Shown piece after piece: positions 17,939-28,194 of a DNA stretch of 36,731 nucleotides. The notes under the pieces were generated by a model. That model saw only the letters and a program-made list of their open reading frames with translations. It had not been told where the DNA came from and made no database searches. The stretch spans positions 1 through 36,731 of the forward strand of contig JAFGQX010000055.1 of assembly GCA_016935455.1 (NCBI GenBank), written 5' to 3'. The position numbers were made by a program, and so were the translations under genes. This DNA comes from Candidatus Micrarchaeota archaeon. GTDB taxonomy: Archaea > Micrarchaeota > Micrarchaeia > Anstonellales > Bilamarchaeaceae. Position 1 is the first letter of the stretch; each line of letters starts with the position of its first letter.

Positions 17939-19321
17939 ATGATTTTAGATGCAATGCAGAAAGTGGCGCAGTTGCTGCCTGAAGTAAAAAGTCCAACAAG
18001 TCCTCCGCCCGTAAAGGAAAGGGCGATATGGACAGTTATTGCACTTGTTTTATTCTTTGTAATGTATAATATTACTGTTTTCGGCGCCACGATGCAGTCA
18101 TCTGCACTCGATTTCCTTCAGGTTATTACTGCAGCAAAAATTGGAAGCCTTTTAACAACTGGTATCGGGCCTCTTGTCCTTGCATCAATTTTTCTCCAGC
18201 TTTTTGCCGGAGCAAAGATAATAAATCTGGATATGTCCAATCCTGAAGACAAAAAGAAGTTCCATCAGGTCCAGAAGGTGCTGGCAATAATCATCGCACT
18301 ATTTGAAGCAACTCTTTTTGTAACCAACGGAACAATCCCGATTTCCCAGCAGTTTGGTATGATTCTCCCTCTCCTTGCAGTATTCCAGATTGCCTTTGGT
18401 TCAATAATACTTCTTTACCTTGACGAAATAATCTCAAAATACGGAATAGGAAGCGGTATCAGCCTCTTCATTGCTGCAGGTGTTTCTCTTTCAGTTATCG
18501 GAGGTCTTGCAGGTTTGATTGTAGAACCGGGCGGAGTTATTGACTCCCTTACTGGGGGCGGGGCTGAAGGTATTCCAAAAGCCATACTTGCACTTCTGCC
18601 GTTTGTGTTTTCAATTCTTGTATTTATAGGAGTAGTTTATGCGGAATCGGTAAAAGTTGAAATCCCGATAGCTTATGAAAGAGTAAGAGGCCTTGTACCG
18701 AAACTCCCCCTAAAGCTGATGTATGTTTCAAACATTCCTGTGATTTTTGCTTCTGCGCTGCTTATGAACATGAGGGCGATTACCCTTGCCCTGCAGAATA
18801 TTACATTTGATGTGGGCGGTTTTAACGTTGTTTTAATTCTTCAGGAATTCCTTTATCTGATAAGTCCCATATACGCAGGTGGAAGCGACACGTTAACACA
18901 CTTCAATTATATTATGACTGCAACCACACCCTACCTTGCAGTTCCCGAATACGTCCATGCATTTATATATGTATTATTTCTTTCACTGCTTTCAATAGTA
19001 TTTGGTATATTCTGGGCAGAAACCTCAAATATGGATGCAAAGAGTGTTGCAAAACAGCTTGGTTCTTCAGGAATGCAGGTTCCTGGATTCAGAAGAGACC
19101 CGCGTATGCTGGAAAGAATACTTGAGAAACACATATTTCCTCTTACTGTGCTGGGTTCATTCCTTGTAGGACTGCTTGCAGGTGTTGCCGACCTCACAGG
19201 TGCCCTTGGAACAGGTACGGGTATTCTTCTTACAGTTGGTATATTATACAGGATGTATGAGCAGTTAAAACAGATGAAGGTTACAGAGATGTACCCGAGC
19301 TTAGGAAGTTTTCTCTCTTAA
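17939..19321 (+). CDS. secY: Preprotein translocase subunit SecY
   Basis: About 10 TM segments; GIGPLVLASI, KYGIGSGISLFIAAG, YVSNIPVIF, PGFRRD, GTGTGILLTV. Confidence 0.97.
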   Translation: MILDAMQKVAQLLPEVKSPTSPPPVKERAIWTVIALVLFFVMYNITVFGATMQSSALDFLQVITAAKIGSLLTTGIGPLVLASIFLQLFAGAKIINLDMSNPEDKKKFHQVQKVLAIIIALFEATLFVTNGTIPISQQFGMILPLLAVFQIAFGSIILLYLDEIISKYGIGSGISLFIAAGVSLSVIGGLAGLIVEPGGVIDSLTGGGAEGIPKAILALLPFVFSILVFIGVVYAESVKVEIPIAYERVRGLVPKLPLKLMYVSNIPVIFASALLMNMRAITLALQNITFDVGGFNVVLILQEFLYLISPIYAGGSDTLTHFNYIMTATTPYLAVPEYVHAFIYVLFLSLLSIVFGIFWAETSNMDAKSVAKQLGSSGMQVPGFRRDPRMLERILEKHIFPLTVLGSFLVGLLAGVADLTGALGTGTGILLTVGILYRMYEQLKQMKVTEMYPSLGSFLS

Positions 19322-20719
19322 TCTTCTTTTAATTTCTTCTGCAAGAATCCTTTCATAAAACCTAGTAAGCCTGCTTAAAAATAATTTGTATTTATTCATT
19401 GTTCCTTTAAATTCCTGTTCAAGGTGCCCTTCAAATTTTATCTCCCCAATATTTTCCATATCTATTCCATTTTCTCTAAGTTTTTTAAGTGTCGTTCCGT
19501 TTGTAAAACCAGCCACTTTTAATATGATTTCATGCGCGGGAACTTCACTTGGAAAAATACTTTCTGAGGTAGTTATTCTAAAACCTTTCAAAAAAGTTTT
19601 AAACTGTTCCAGAATCTGGCGGTTGGTATCGTTTGGAAGGCCTATTTCAAGCCAGCCCCTTAAAAAAAGAAGTTTTATTTCACCGTATACGTTTATCCAT
19701 CCGTAATTTGGGATTCCAAGCGCTCTTAATTTATCCATTTTTGTGATTACTTTATCCCTTGGCTGATGCACCACTATCGGATGTTTGGGTATAAGTGTTT
19801 CTATCGGCATTTCCCCAGTTATATCTATTCCTTCTTTTTTGAATTTGTTTGCTGCATGGTGATAAGCTTCATAACCGAAGACTACCGGGAATATCCAAAA
19901 AGTCCATTTTGCTATTGTTTCTATCGCCTTTATTCTTTTTTTCTTTTTAACGCCTTTCAGTGAATCTATATTTGAAAAATTATCCGCAATTTTTATTGCC
20001 ATGGCTCCCGGGTCCCCCGAATTGAAAATTCTGGGGTAATACACCTTGCACCTTTCGTCATGTATCTCTCTTGCCTTTTGAGGATTTGTTTTTTTCAGTT
20101 TTTTATACTCGTCATCTATTCGGTGATATCTCGGATTGTCAGCAAAAACCCACTGGTCTTTGTGTAGTTTTGGTTTTGTAAGAATATTAACTTTTTTTGC
20201 TACCCCATCCCCAAATTTTTCTCTTATCGTGCCTACGGTAACCTTTGTATCTTCAATAACATCGTGCAGAAGTGCGGCACAGATGTCATCTGTTCCAAAT
20301 CCTGATTTTGTAATCCTGTATGCAACATCCAGCGGATGCATAACATATGGGGTAATTCCGTCATCCCTGAACTGGAGGAGATGGCTCTGAAAAGCAAGGT
20401 TATACGCCCTGTGAATTTTTGCTTTTTCTTCTTTTATTTCATTTTTTATCTTTCTTGATTCTTCGGTATTTTTCCCCCTCAGTTTTCTTACTCTGTTTGC
20501 CCTGTGAATATGTATGACTTTAGTAATCCCTTTCTGCGGGTCTGCACCTGCTTTTAAACGGCTGGTTATTGGAACCTGGAGGTGGTTCTCCTTCATAACC
20601 TGAAATAACTCCAGCTGGATTCCATTCCTGCTTATGCCGTTTTTTTCACTCGTTTTAACAGTATTTCTCACAGCATTAAATAGGAATATAACCTTATTAA
20701 AGCCTTTCTCCACATCCAA
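19301..20719 (-). CDS. HD-domain protein, RelA/SpoT/Mesh1-type hydrolase domain with a long C-terminal extension
   Basis: AYNLAFQSH..QFRDDG.TPYVMHPLDVA, AALLHDVIEDT, FGDGVAKKVNILTK, IKIADNFSN. Start is uncertain: TTG at 20719 or ATG at 20596. Confidence 0.85.
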   Translation of the reverse strand: MDVEKGFNKVIFLFNAVRNTVKTSEKNGISRNGIQLELFQVMKENHLQVPITSRLKAGADPQKGITKVIHIHRANRVRKLRGKNTEESRKIKNEIKEEKAKIHRAYNLAFQSHLLQFRDDGITPYVMHPLDVAYRITKSGFGTDDICAALLHDVIEDTKVTVGTIREKFGDGVAKKVNILTKPKLHKDQWVFADNPRYHRIDDEYKKLKKTNPQKAREIHDERCKVYYPRIFNSGDPGAMAIKIADNFSNIDSLKGVKKKKRIKAIETIAKWTFWIFPVVFGYEAYHHAANKFKKEGIDITGEMPIETLIPKHPIVVHQPRDKVITKMDKLRALGIPNYGWINVYGEIKLLFLRGWLEIGLPNDTNRQILEQFKTFLKGFRITTSESIFPSEVPAHEIILKVAGFTNGTTLKKLRENGIDMENIGEIKFEGHLEQEFKGTMNKYKLFLSRLTRFYERILAEEIKRRLREKTS

Positions 20720-20735
20720 CCCTTAGGTGAATTAA

Positions 20736-21284
20736 ATGATTATAGTCATGGGACTTCCAGGCGCAGGAAAAACAACCGTATTGACCAAGGCAGCCGAACA
20801 GAAATCAGAATACGAAATATTGAATTATGGAACATTAATGTTTGAAATAGCAAAAGAAAAATACGGCCTTGAAAACCGCGATGAAATAAGAAAACTTAAT
20901 GCAGAACAGCAGAAAGAGGTGCAGGCCCTTGTAGGAAAAAAACTTTCAGAAGAAAAAGGAAAAGTAATTCTGGACACACACTGTTCAGTTTTAAACCCTG
21001 ACAAAAATTTTTATCTTCCGGGCCTTCCATATTCTCTTCTAAAAGACCTTGATGTTAATATGCTCGTTCTTATTACCGGAGAAATAAATGAGCTTGCAGA
21101 AAGAAGAAAAAAAGACACCTCAAGAGTGAGGGCTGTGGACCCTGAAGAAATAAGGGAGCATGACCAGATTAACAGAATGTACCTTGCATCCTATTCAGCA
21201 CTTACCGGTGCACCCGCAAAAATAATAATAAACAGGAATGGAAAACTTGAAGACGCTGTAAAAGAGCTGGTTGGCGTTCTTTAA
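20736..21284 (+). CDS. adk: Adenylate kinase, archaeal type
   Basis: GLPGAGKTT, NYGTLM, RDEIRKL, LDTH, YLPGLP; GGTGA SD. Confidence 0.94.
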   Translation: MIIVMGLPGAGKTTVLTKAAEQKSEYEILNYGTLMFEIAKEKYGLENRDEIRKLNAEQQKEVQALVGKKLSEEKGKVILDTHCSVLNPDKNFYLPGLPYSLLKDLDVNMLVLITGEINELAERRKKDTSRVRAVDPEEIREHDQINRMYLASYSALTGAPAKIIINRNGKLEDAVKELVGVL

Positions 21285-22550
<1,266 letters not shown>

Positions 22551-22560
22551 TTAAATCACT

Positions 22561-23802
22561 TCAATAAACCGGGAAGTTTGAGCAGAGCTCCTTAATCTCT
22601 TCCCTAACCTTTTTCTTTACTTCCGCATCCTGAGGATTATCAATTACTCTCTTGATAAAGCCTGCAACTTCTTTCATCTCGCTTTCTTTCATTCCCCTTG
22701 TCGTAAGGCAGGGTGTTCCAATCCTTATTCCGCTTGTTATAAACGGACTTTTCGTGTCGTAAGGAATTGTATTTCTATTCAGGATTATTCCCGCCTCTTC
22801 GCATACAATCTGCGCTTCCTTTCCCGTTATCCCCTTGTCCGTAAGATTAATCAGTATGAGATGCGTATCTGTTCCTCCGGAAACAAGCCGGAATCCCAGT
22901 GCCATAAGCTCATCCGCAAGCGCCTTTGCATTTTTAATAATCTGTTCTGCATACTCTTTGAATTCAGGCTGAAGCGCCTCGTGGAATGCAACCGCTTTCC
23001 CGGCGATTACATGGTCCAGCGGACCTCCCTGAGTTCCCGGAAAAACCGCCTTGTCCACTTTTTTCCCCAATTCTTCATCTCTGCATGCAAGCGCCATTGC
23101 GCCTCTTGGCCCCCTGAGTGTTTTATGTGTTGTTGTGGTTATCACATCCGCATACGGTGAAACCGGTGGAAGCGCCCCGCCGGCAACCAGCCCTGCAAAA
23201 TGAGAGATATCTGCAAGAAGATATGCTCCGCATTCATCTGCAATTTCCCTGAATGATTTAAAATTTATCTGCCTTGGGTATGCAGTATAGCCGGCAATTA
23301 TTACCTTGGGTTTTTCTTCCAGGGCCCTTTTCTTCACCTCATCGTAGTCAAGCATCTCGGTTTCCTTGTCCACCGCATATGCAACAGGCTTGTACAGCTT
23401 TCCAGAAAAATTAACTGGTGAACCGTGTGTGAGATGTCCCCCCTGGGAAAGTTCCAGCCCCATAAACTTTTCCCCGAATTCCATAAGCGAAAAAAGAACC
23501 GAGAAATTAGCTATTGCCCCTGCGTGGCACTGGACATTTGCGTGGACAGTTCCGAATAGTTTTTTTGCTCTTTCAATAGCAAGCATTTCTATCTTGTCAA
23601 TATATTCATTTCCCGCATAATATCTCTTTCCCGGATATCCTTCCGAGTATTTATTGGTAAGCGGAGAACCGACAGCCTCCATTACCGCTTTGCTGGTGTA
23701 ATTTTCCGATGCAATAAGACCCAGTGTATCCCTTTGCCTCCCAATCTCATTTTGTATGTATCCATAAACTTCCCTATCCACTTCGCTTAAACTTTTACTC
23801 AT
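22561..23802 (-). CDS. glyA: Serine hydroxymethyltransferase
   Basis: [40 protein letters not shown] (PLP Lys), FPGTQGGP. Confidence 0.98.
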   Translation of the reverse strand: MSKSLSEVDREVYGYIQNEIGRQRDTLGLIASENYTSKAVMEAVGSPLTNKYSEGYPGKRYYAGNEYIDKIEMLAIERAKKLFGTVHANVQCHAGAIANFSVLFSLMEFGEKFMGLELSQGGHLTHGSPVNFSGKLYKPVAYAVDKETEMLDYDEVKKRALEEKPKVIIAGYTAYPRQINFKSFREIADECGAYLLADISHFAGLVAGGALPPVSPYADVITTTTHKTLRGPRGAMALACRDEELGKKVDKAVFPGTQGGPLDHVIAGKAVAFHEALQPEFKEYAEQIIKNAKALADELMALGFRLVSGGTDTHLILINLTDKGITGKEAQIVCEEAGIILNRNTIPYDTKSPFITSGIRIGTPCLTTRGMKESEMKEVAGFIKRVIDNPQDAEVKKKVREEIKELCSNFPVY

Positions 23803-23901
23803 AGAATTCCCCGGTTTAAGTGTTATTGAGAGAAGTTTAAAAACGGTGTTGTCTTTTCCCAGCCCGCAAAACTTTATAAGCTTTGGAGGGTATTTCTGGG
23901 T

Positions 23902-25107
23902 ATGAATAAGAAATCTTCACACGAGGATGTTTACCGTTTTGGGAGAAATGAGAGAAAAACCAGAGTCATACCTCTTTTCATAATTATAGCCATACTTGCA
24001 GTTGGTGCACTTGTTTATTTTAATTATTTTTACCAGCCGGAAGAGGTGGTTGACACCTTCCAGAACGGACAGATAGTTGAGATTCAGGAGGAAGTTCAGG
24101 AGGTGGAGATAGTAAACACCTCAAGCGAACAGTACAAGCTCGGTGTTGCCGTTTCAACAAACGACCCTTCAATATGCGAGCAGCTTACAGAGCTGAAAGA
24201 AAATTGTTATGTTTCCCTTTCCCTTGAAAATGTCGAGGCATGCAAAAAAGTAGAAACCTACGAAAAGAAAAAAGAATGCATTGAATTTTGGGTTGAATCT
24301 ACAAATATCACTTCCCTGTGCGACAATCTCAAAGAAGAGGACAGAATGGAATGCGGCCTTCTTGTTGACCCCTGCTACGGCAAAAAAAGCAGTGAAAGAA
24401 AACTCTGCCTTGCCCTTGAGTATAATGATTATGCCTACTGCATAGAAGACGACTGCTTTTATGAATATGCAAAAGAAAAAGAAGATGAAACAGTATGCGA
24501 TGTTTTTGACGTCCCTGCAAAGCAGATGGCCTGCGAATCCCTTGTTAAAAAAGATGACGAATGCCAGTATCTTGTTTTTTCATACCAGAGAGACATGTGC
24601 TATGATATCTATGCGAGAAAGCTGGGAGGAGATTATTTTTGCACGCTCATAAACCCCGACAGCATTTATTCCTATTCATGCTTCAATGAATTTGCAATAA
24701 GAAAACAGAATATGCTTTTGTGTGAAAAACTTGAAACCCTTAATTACCGGTGGGACTGCCTTTCCAATTATGCACTTGAATATAATGATATAACTGCATG
24801 CGAAAGAATAGATGAATTTGCAAGATTCTCAAGAGAGGCATGCATCCTTCATATTGCACAGGAATATTCAAATCCAAGCTACTGTACAGTTACACAGGAT
24901 ATTTCAGTAAGGAACGGGTGTTATTCAAACATTATTCTGAAACCTGAAGGAGCAATACTCCCTGAGAACTGCAACAATGTTCTTGAAAAATCTTGGAAGG
25001 ATAAGTGCTATTCAGTATCTGCAAATGCAACAAAAGACATAACGGTGTGCGGGTACATATCTGATTTGGCAGTAAAAGAAATATGTAAAAAACAGTTTGA
25101 GGATTAG
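23902..25107 (+). CDS. Membrane-anchored Cys-rich repeat surface protein
   Basis: One N-terminal TM ([19 protein letters not shown]), then about a dozen ~25-aa units of the form D/NxxxCxx(I/L)...CY/Fxxx(A). Confidence 0.8.
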   Translation: MNKKSSHEDVYRFGRNERKTRVIPLFIIIAILAVGALVYFNYFYQPEEVVDTFQNGQIVEIQEEVQEVEIVNTSSEQYKLGVAVSTNDPSICEQLTELKENCYVSLSLENVEACKKVETYEKKKECIEFWVESTNITSLCDNLKEEDRMECGLLVDPCYGKKSSERKLCLALEYNDYAYCIEDDCFYEYAKEKEDETVCDVFDVPAKQMACESLVKKDDECQYLVFSYQRDMCYDIYARKLGGDYFCTLINPDSIYSYSCFNEFAIRKQNMLLCEKLETLNYRWDCLSNYALEYNDITACERIDEFARFSREACILHIAQEYSNPSYCTVTQDISVRNGCYSNIILKPEGAILPENCNNVLEKSWKDKCYSVSANATKDITVCGYISDLAVKEICKKQFED

Positions 25108-25733
25108 CCCTCAAGCTGTTCAAAAAATTCAGGGCTGAACTTGAATTCGTCGTATGATTTTATTTTCCCCTGTTTGATCATGATCTCCCTTGTAAGAATA
25201 TAAAACACGAGGGCAAGTGATTTTTTACCCTTATTATTTGCGGGAATAATAAAATCTATCAGCCTTGTTTCATTGTCGCTGTCGCAGAGTGCAATAACCG
25301 GCACTCCCACCTTTGACGCTTCCTCAATTGCCTGTTTTTCACCCCTCGGGTCGCAGACAAAAATCATTTTGGGTTCTTTGAATTTTTTTGATGAAAGATT
25401 AGTCAGCGCGCCCGGAACAAACCTCCCTTCCATTAATTCTATGTCAGTGAGTTTTGCAAACTTTGACGCTGCATTTGATGAATAAACCCTTGAAGCCACT
25501 ATAAGGACTTCTCCAGGTTCATAACGGGAAAGAATTTCAGCGGCCTTTCTGAGCCTTTCATCAGTCTGCTGGATATCAAGGATGTAAAGCCCGTCAGCCC
25601 TTCTTTTAAATATAAATTTAGCCATGTCATGATTTCTTACTTTTGTTCCTATGTGGACTCCGGATTCAAGATACACATCCCTGCCGACAAGCAGTCCTTC
25701 ATCCTTTTCAACTTTTTCTTTTTCTTCAGACAT
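25104..25733 (-). CDS. rps2: 30S ribosomal protein S2 (uS2)
   Basis: YLESGVHIGTK, GRFVPGALTN, DPRGEKQAIEEA, PANNKG. Confidence 0.97.
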   Translation of the reverse strand: MSEEKEKVEKDEGLLVGRDVYLESGVHIGTKVRNHDMAKFIFKRRADGLYILDIQQTDERLRKAAEILSRYEPGEVLIVASRVYSSNAASKFAKLTDIELMEGRFVPGALTNLSSKKFKEPKMIFVCDPRGEKQAIEEASKVGVPVIALCDSDNETRLIDFIIPANNKGKKSLALVFYILTREIMIKQGKIKSYDEFKFSPEFFEQLEG

Positions 25734-25753
25734 ACACATTACCTCACATATGA

Positions 25754-25898
25754 TGGGGCCGCCGAGATTTTCATTTCCTGGAAAAATCAGGATTTTGAAC
25801 TCAGATTACTGCCACCCCAAGGCAGCAGGATGACCAGGTTTTGCGCAAGGAACAGGCAGGATTCTAAACGCCAGTTCAAAGCTTTACCTTACGGCCCC
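25754..25898 (-). tRNA. tRNA-Pro(GGG) with two introns (D-loop ~15/16, 45 nt; T-loop 59/60, 26 nt)
   Basis: Acceptor GGGGCCG/CGGCCCC-A; anticodon arm CTGCC-TTGGGGT-GGCAG; T-stem CTGAG/CTCGG. Removing 25839-25883 and 25768-25793 gives a 74-nt cloverleaf. Usual archaeal position after rpoN. Confidence 0.88.
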
Positions 25899-25913
25899 AT
25901 TAATTTTATAACA

Positions 25914-26114
25914 TCACTCCTTTCTTTCGTATTTTGTAATCATCTCCGTCATATCTACATGCGAAATAAACATTCTTCTGCAGCAGTATTTGTCTATTCC
26001 AAGCTCGTCCAAAGCTTCTTTTTTCGATTTTCCTTCTTCAACCAGCTTGAGGTACTTTTCATAGTACTGGCCTATCACCGCACCGCAGCTGAAGCATCTT
26101 ACTGGGAATTCCAT
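25914..26114 (-). CDS. rpoN: DNA-directed RNA polymerase subunit N (Rpo10)
   Basis: PVRCFSCG...LDELGIDKYCCRRMFISHVD. Confidence 0.97.
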   Translation of the reverse strand: MEFPVRCFSCGAVIGQYYEKYLKLVEEGKSKKEALDELGIDKYCCRRMFISHVDMTEMITKYERKE

Positions 26115-26118
26115 TGCA

Positions 26119-26763
26119 TCACCTGTACGATTTCTGGAATCTTGCCCTTGCTTTTGGGCCCCTGTATTTCTTAGGCTCTACTCTTCTTGAATCTTCAACA
26201 AGAAGCGACCTGTCTCTTTCCATATAAGCTTCTTTAAGGCTTTCGTCATCAAGGTATTCAACAAGAGCTTTTGCTATTGCAGTTCTTGCCGCCTGTGCCT
26301 GACCCATTACTCCTCCGCCGTTTACAGTGACGGAAATGTCAAGCTCGACTGCCTTTGCTCCAGCGATTTTAACCGGCTCCATAACGAGCTCTGATATGTA
26401 AACATTCTGTATTCCTAAAACACCGACACCGTTGACTCTTACGGTTCCTTTTCCTTTTTTCACCGTTGCTCTTGCGATTGATTTTTTTCTCTTTCCTCTT
26501 GAAATTGTAACATCCTTCTTTTTTCCGGTTTTCTTCTTCTTTTTGGCCGCTGTTTTTTTGGTTTCTTTCTTTTCCTCTTTAATCTCTTCTGCCTTGACTT
26601 CAGCCTTTTCCTCTTTCTTTTTAACCTCTTTTGCTTCCTTCTGCTCTTCCTTCTTAATCTCTTCCTTTTTTTCTTCCTCTACTTTTGTTTTGTCTGCTTT
26701 GCTTTCTGATTTTTTTGCAGATTTCCTTTTTGAAGTTTTTTTTGTTTTGGTTTTTTCAGCCAT
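26119..26763 (-). CDS. rps9: 30S ribosomal protein S9 (uS9) with a K/E-rich N-terminal extension of about 80 aa
   Basis: GKRKKSIARA, VNGGGVMGQAQAARTAIA, DRSLLVEDSRRVEPKK, ARARFQKSYR. Confidence 0.96.
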   Translation of the reverse strand: MAEKTKTKKTSKRKSAKKSESKADKTKVEEEKKEEIKKEEQKEAKEVKKKEEKAEVKAEEIKEEKKETKKTAAKKKKKTGKKKDVTISRGKRKKSIARATVKKGKGTVRVNGVGVLGIQNVYISELVMEPVKIAGAKAVELDISVTVNGGGVMGQAQAARTAIAKALVEYLDDESLKEAYMERDRSLLVEDSRRVEPKKYRGPKARARFQKSYR

Positions 26764-26765
26764 AA

Positions 26766-27185
26766 TCATCCCTCATAACCCAGATGTTTGCATAATTCTT
26801 TTACAGTTATATATTTAGAGATATTCTTCGGCCTGCATTTTTCACAGACCTGAACGTTCCCTTCAATGTTTTCCGGCTTTCCGGAATAAACTTTGAGCAT
26901 TCTATACGCATTTCTTCCCTTTGCTTTTTTCCACGGAAGCATCCCTCGGACCATCCTTTTTACGAGAAGGTGGGGAACCCGCGGATACTTTGGAGATTTC
27001 TCAGGATTGGATTTGTTTTTAAGGGCTCTTTTGGTTTTGTATCGTTCCGAAGTGAACTTTTCATCTCCAGATACCAGCACCTTTTCGGCATTAATCAGGG
27101 CCACCTGTTCCCCTTTCATCAGTTCTTTGGATATTGTCGAAGCCAGCCTTCCGAAAACCATGTTTGTTCCGTCATAAATTATCAT
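26766..27185 (-). CDS. rpl13: 50S ribosomal protein L13 (uL13)
   Basis: GRLAS, INAEK, KRMVRGMLPWK. Confidence 0.96.
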   Translation of the reverse strand: MIIYDGTNMVFGRLASTISKELMKGEQVALINAEKVLVSGDEKFTSERYKTKRALKNKSNPEKSPKYPRVPHLLVKRMVRGMLPWKKAKGRNAYRMLKVYSGKPENIEGNVQVCEKCRPKNISKYITVKELCKHLGYEG

Positions 27186-27194
27186 TCAAACCAC

Positions 27195-27536
27195 CTAACA
27201 GACAAGAACCACATTTTTGGGCTCTATTTTCTGCTCCACCAGTTCTTCAATGGACATTACTTTTCCTCCGCATTCGCTGATTGTCTTCTTTGCCCTTCCG
27301 CTGAATGAAAAGGCTGCTATAGTTATCTTTTTGTCTAGATTTCCGTCACCCAGCACTTTTCCGGGAACAACTACAATTATCCCTTCCTTTGCATACCTGT
27401 TAATCTTGCTTAAATTAACCTCTACCTTTTTCCTTCTGGGTCTTTCAAGCAGTTCCGCAGTTCTTAACCAGACAGGTTTTTTTTCTTTCCTAAGTCTGTT
27501 GATTACATCAACAATATGCTGATTTTCTTTTTTCAT
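27195..27536 (-). CDS. rpl18e: 50S ribosomal protein L18e (eL18)
   Basis: VEVNLSKINR, VVPGKVLGDG, AAFSFS; ATG at 27536 after GGTGA. Confidence 0.95.
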   Translation of the reverse strand: MKKENQHIVDVINRLRKEKKPVWLRTAELLERPRRKKVEVNLSKINRYAKEGIIVVVPGKVLGDGNLDKKITIAAFSFSGRAKKTISECGGKVMSIEELVEQKIEPKNVVLVC

Positions 27537-27538
27537 AT

Positions 27539-27613
27539 TCACCGCCTCACGGCTCGCCCTCATCCGAGGACTTAAATGAGAATAGGAGTTATTAGTATCA
27601 ATATATTTATAAA
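27539..27613 (-). promoter_or_regulatory. TATA box, two-hairpin leader and SD of the rpl18e operon
   Basis: TTTATAAA at 27606-27613; hairpins GTCCTC-GGAT-GAGGGC and GCC-GTGA-GGC directly before GGTGA. Confidence 0.55.
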
Positions 27614-27621
27614 TAAAAGGG

Positions 27622-28194
27622 TCAGACTAGAAAACCTTCAATAATCATCCTTTCTGCATCTCTTTTTCCCATCCCCCTGCTCATAAGATAAAACACCTTT
27701 CCCTCGTTAATTCTTTCAATCCCTGCCGAGTGCCTGCCGGTTATGCCCGTTCCCTGAATCTCAAGTTCCGGCTGCATTTCTGCGTATGAGTTATCATTTA
27801 AAATAAGAACCTTCTCATCAAGACTGCCGTTTCCTGAAGAACCCTCTGCACCCGAGATTATTCCCTTAATCCCTGCAGCCGCTCCGTTATCCAGAACCGC
27901 CCTTGTTTTGACTGAAGAAATTGTCTTTTCTGCAAGATGCTCCACGTGGATTTCAGACCTAACCTTTTTTCCGTCCGCTTCTATAAACGATTTCAATTCT
28001 GCAGATGATTTTTTCCCTTCGAGGAATACCCAGACTGTTTCGCTGATATTTTTTCCGCGGACTGTCCTTTTAAGAACCGAGTTTTCTTTAAGTATGAATG
28101 CCAGTACTCCGCCCTTGTATTTATCTTCATTTATTTCTATGGTTTCTCCTTTTTCCAGATAGATGGCGTTTTTCCTTATTTCTTTCCGGTTCAT
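27622..28194 (-). CDS. sufD: Short SufD-like Fe-S assembly protein (C-terminal SufBD region only)
   Basis: PELEI...HSAGIERI...FYLMSRGM...AERMIIEGFL; overlaps the sufB stop. Confidence 0.75.
   Translation of the reverse strand: MNRKEIRKNAIYLEKGETIEINEDKYKGGVLAFILKENSVLKRTVRGKNISETVWVFLEGKKSSAELKSFIEADGKKVRSEIHVEHLAEKTISSVKTRAVLDNGAAAGIKGIISGAEGSSGNGSLDEKVLILNDNSYAEMQPELEIQGTGITGRHSAGIERINEGKVFYLMSRGMGKRDAERMIIEGFLV

Noticed and set aside
25629..26174. 181-aa plus-strand ORF spanning rps2, the tRNA and rpoN
   Set aside because: Overlaps well-supported minus-strand features and has no recognisable motifs.
27540..27600. Possible tRNA upstream of rpl18e, where a tRNA-Leu often lies in archaea
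   Set aside because: No acceptor stem or TTC T-loop; only two short hairpins, treated as a leader instead.
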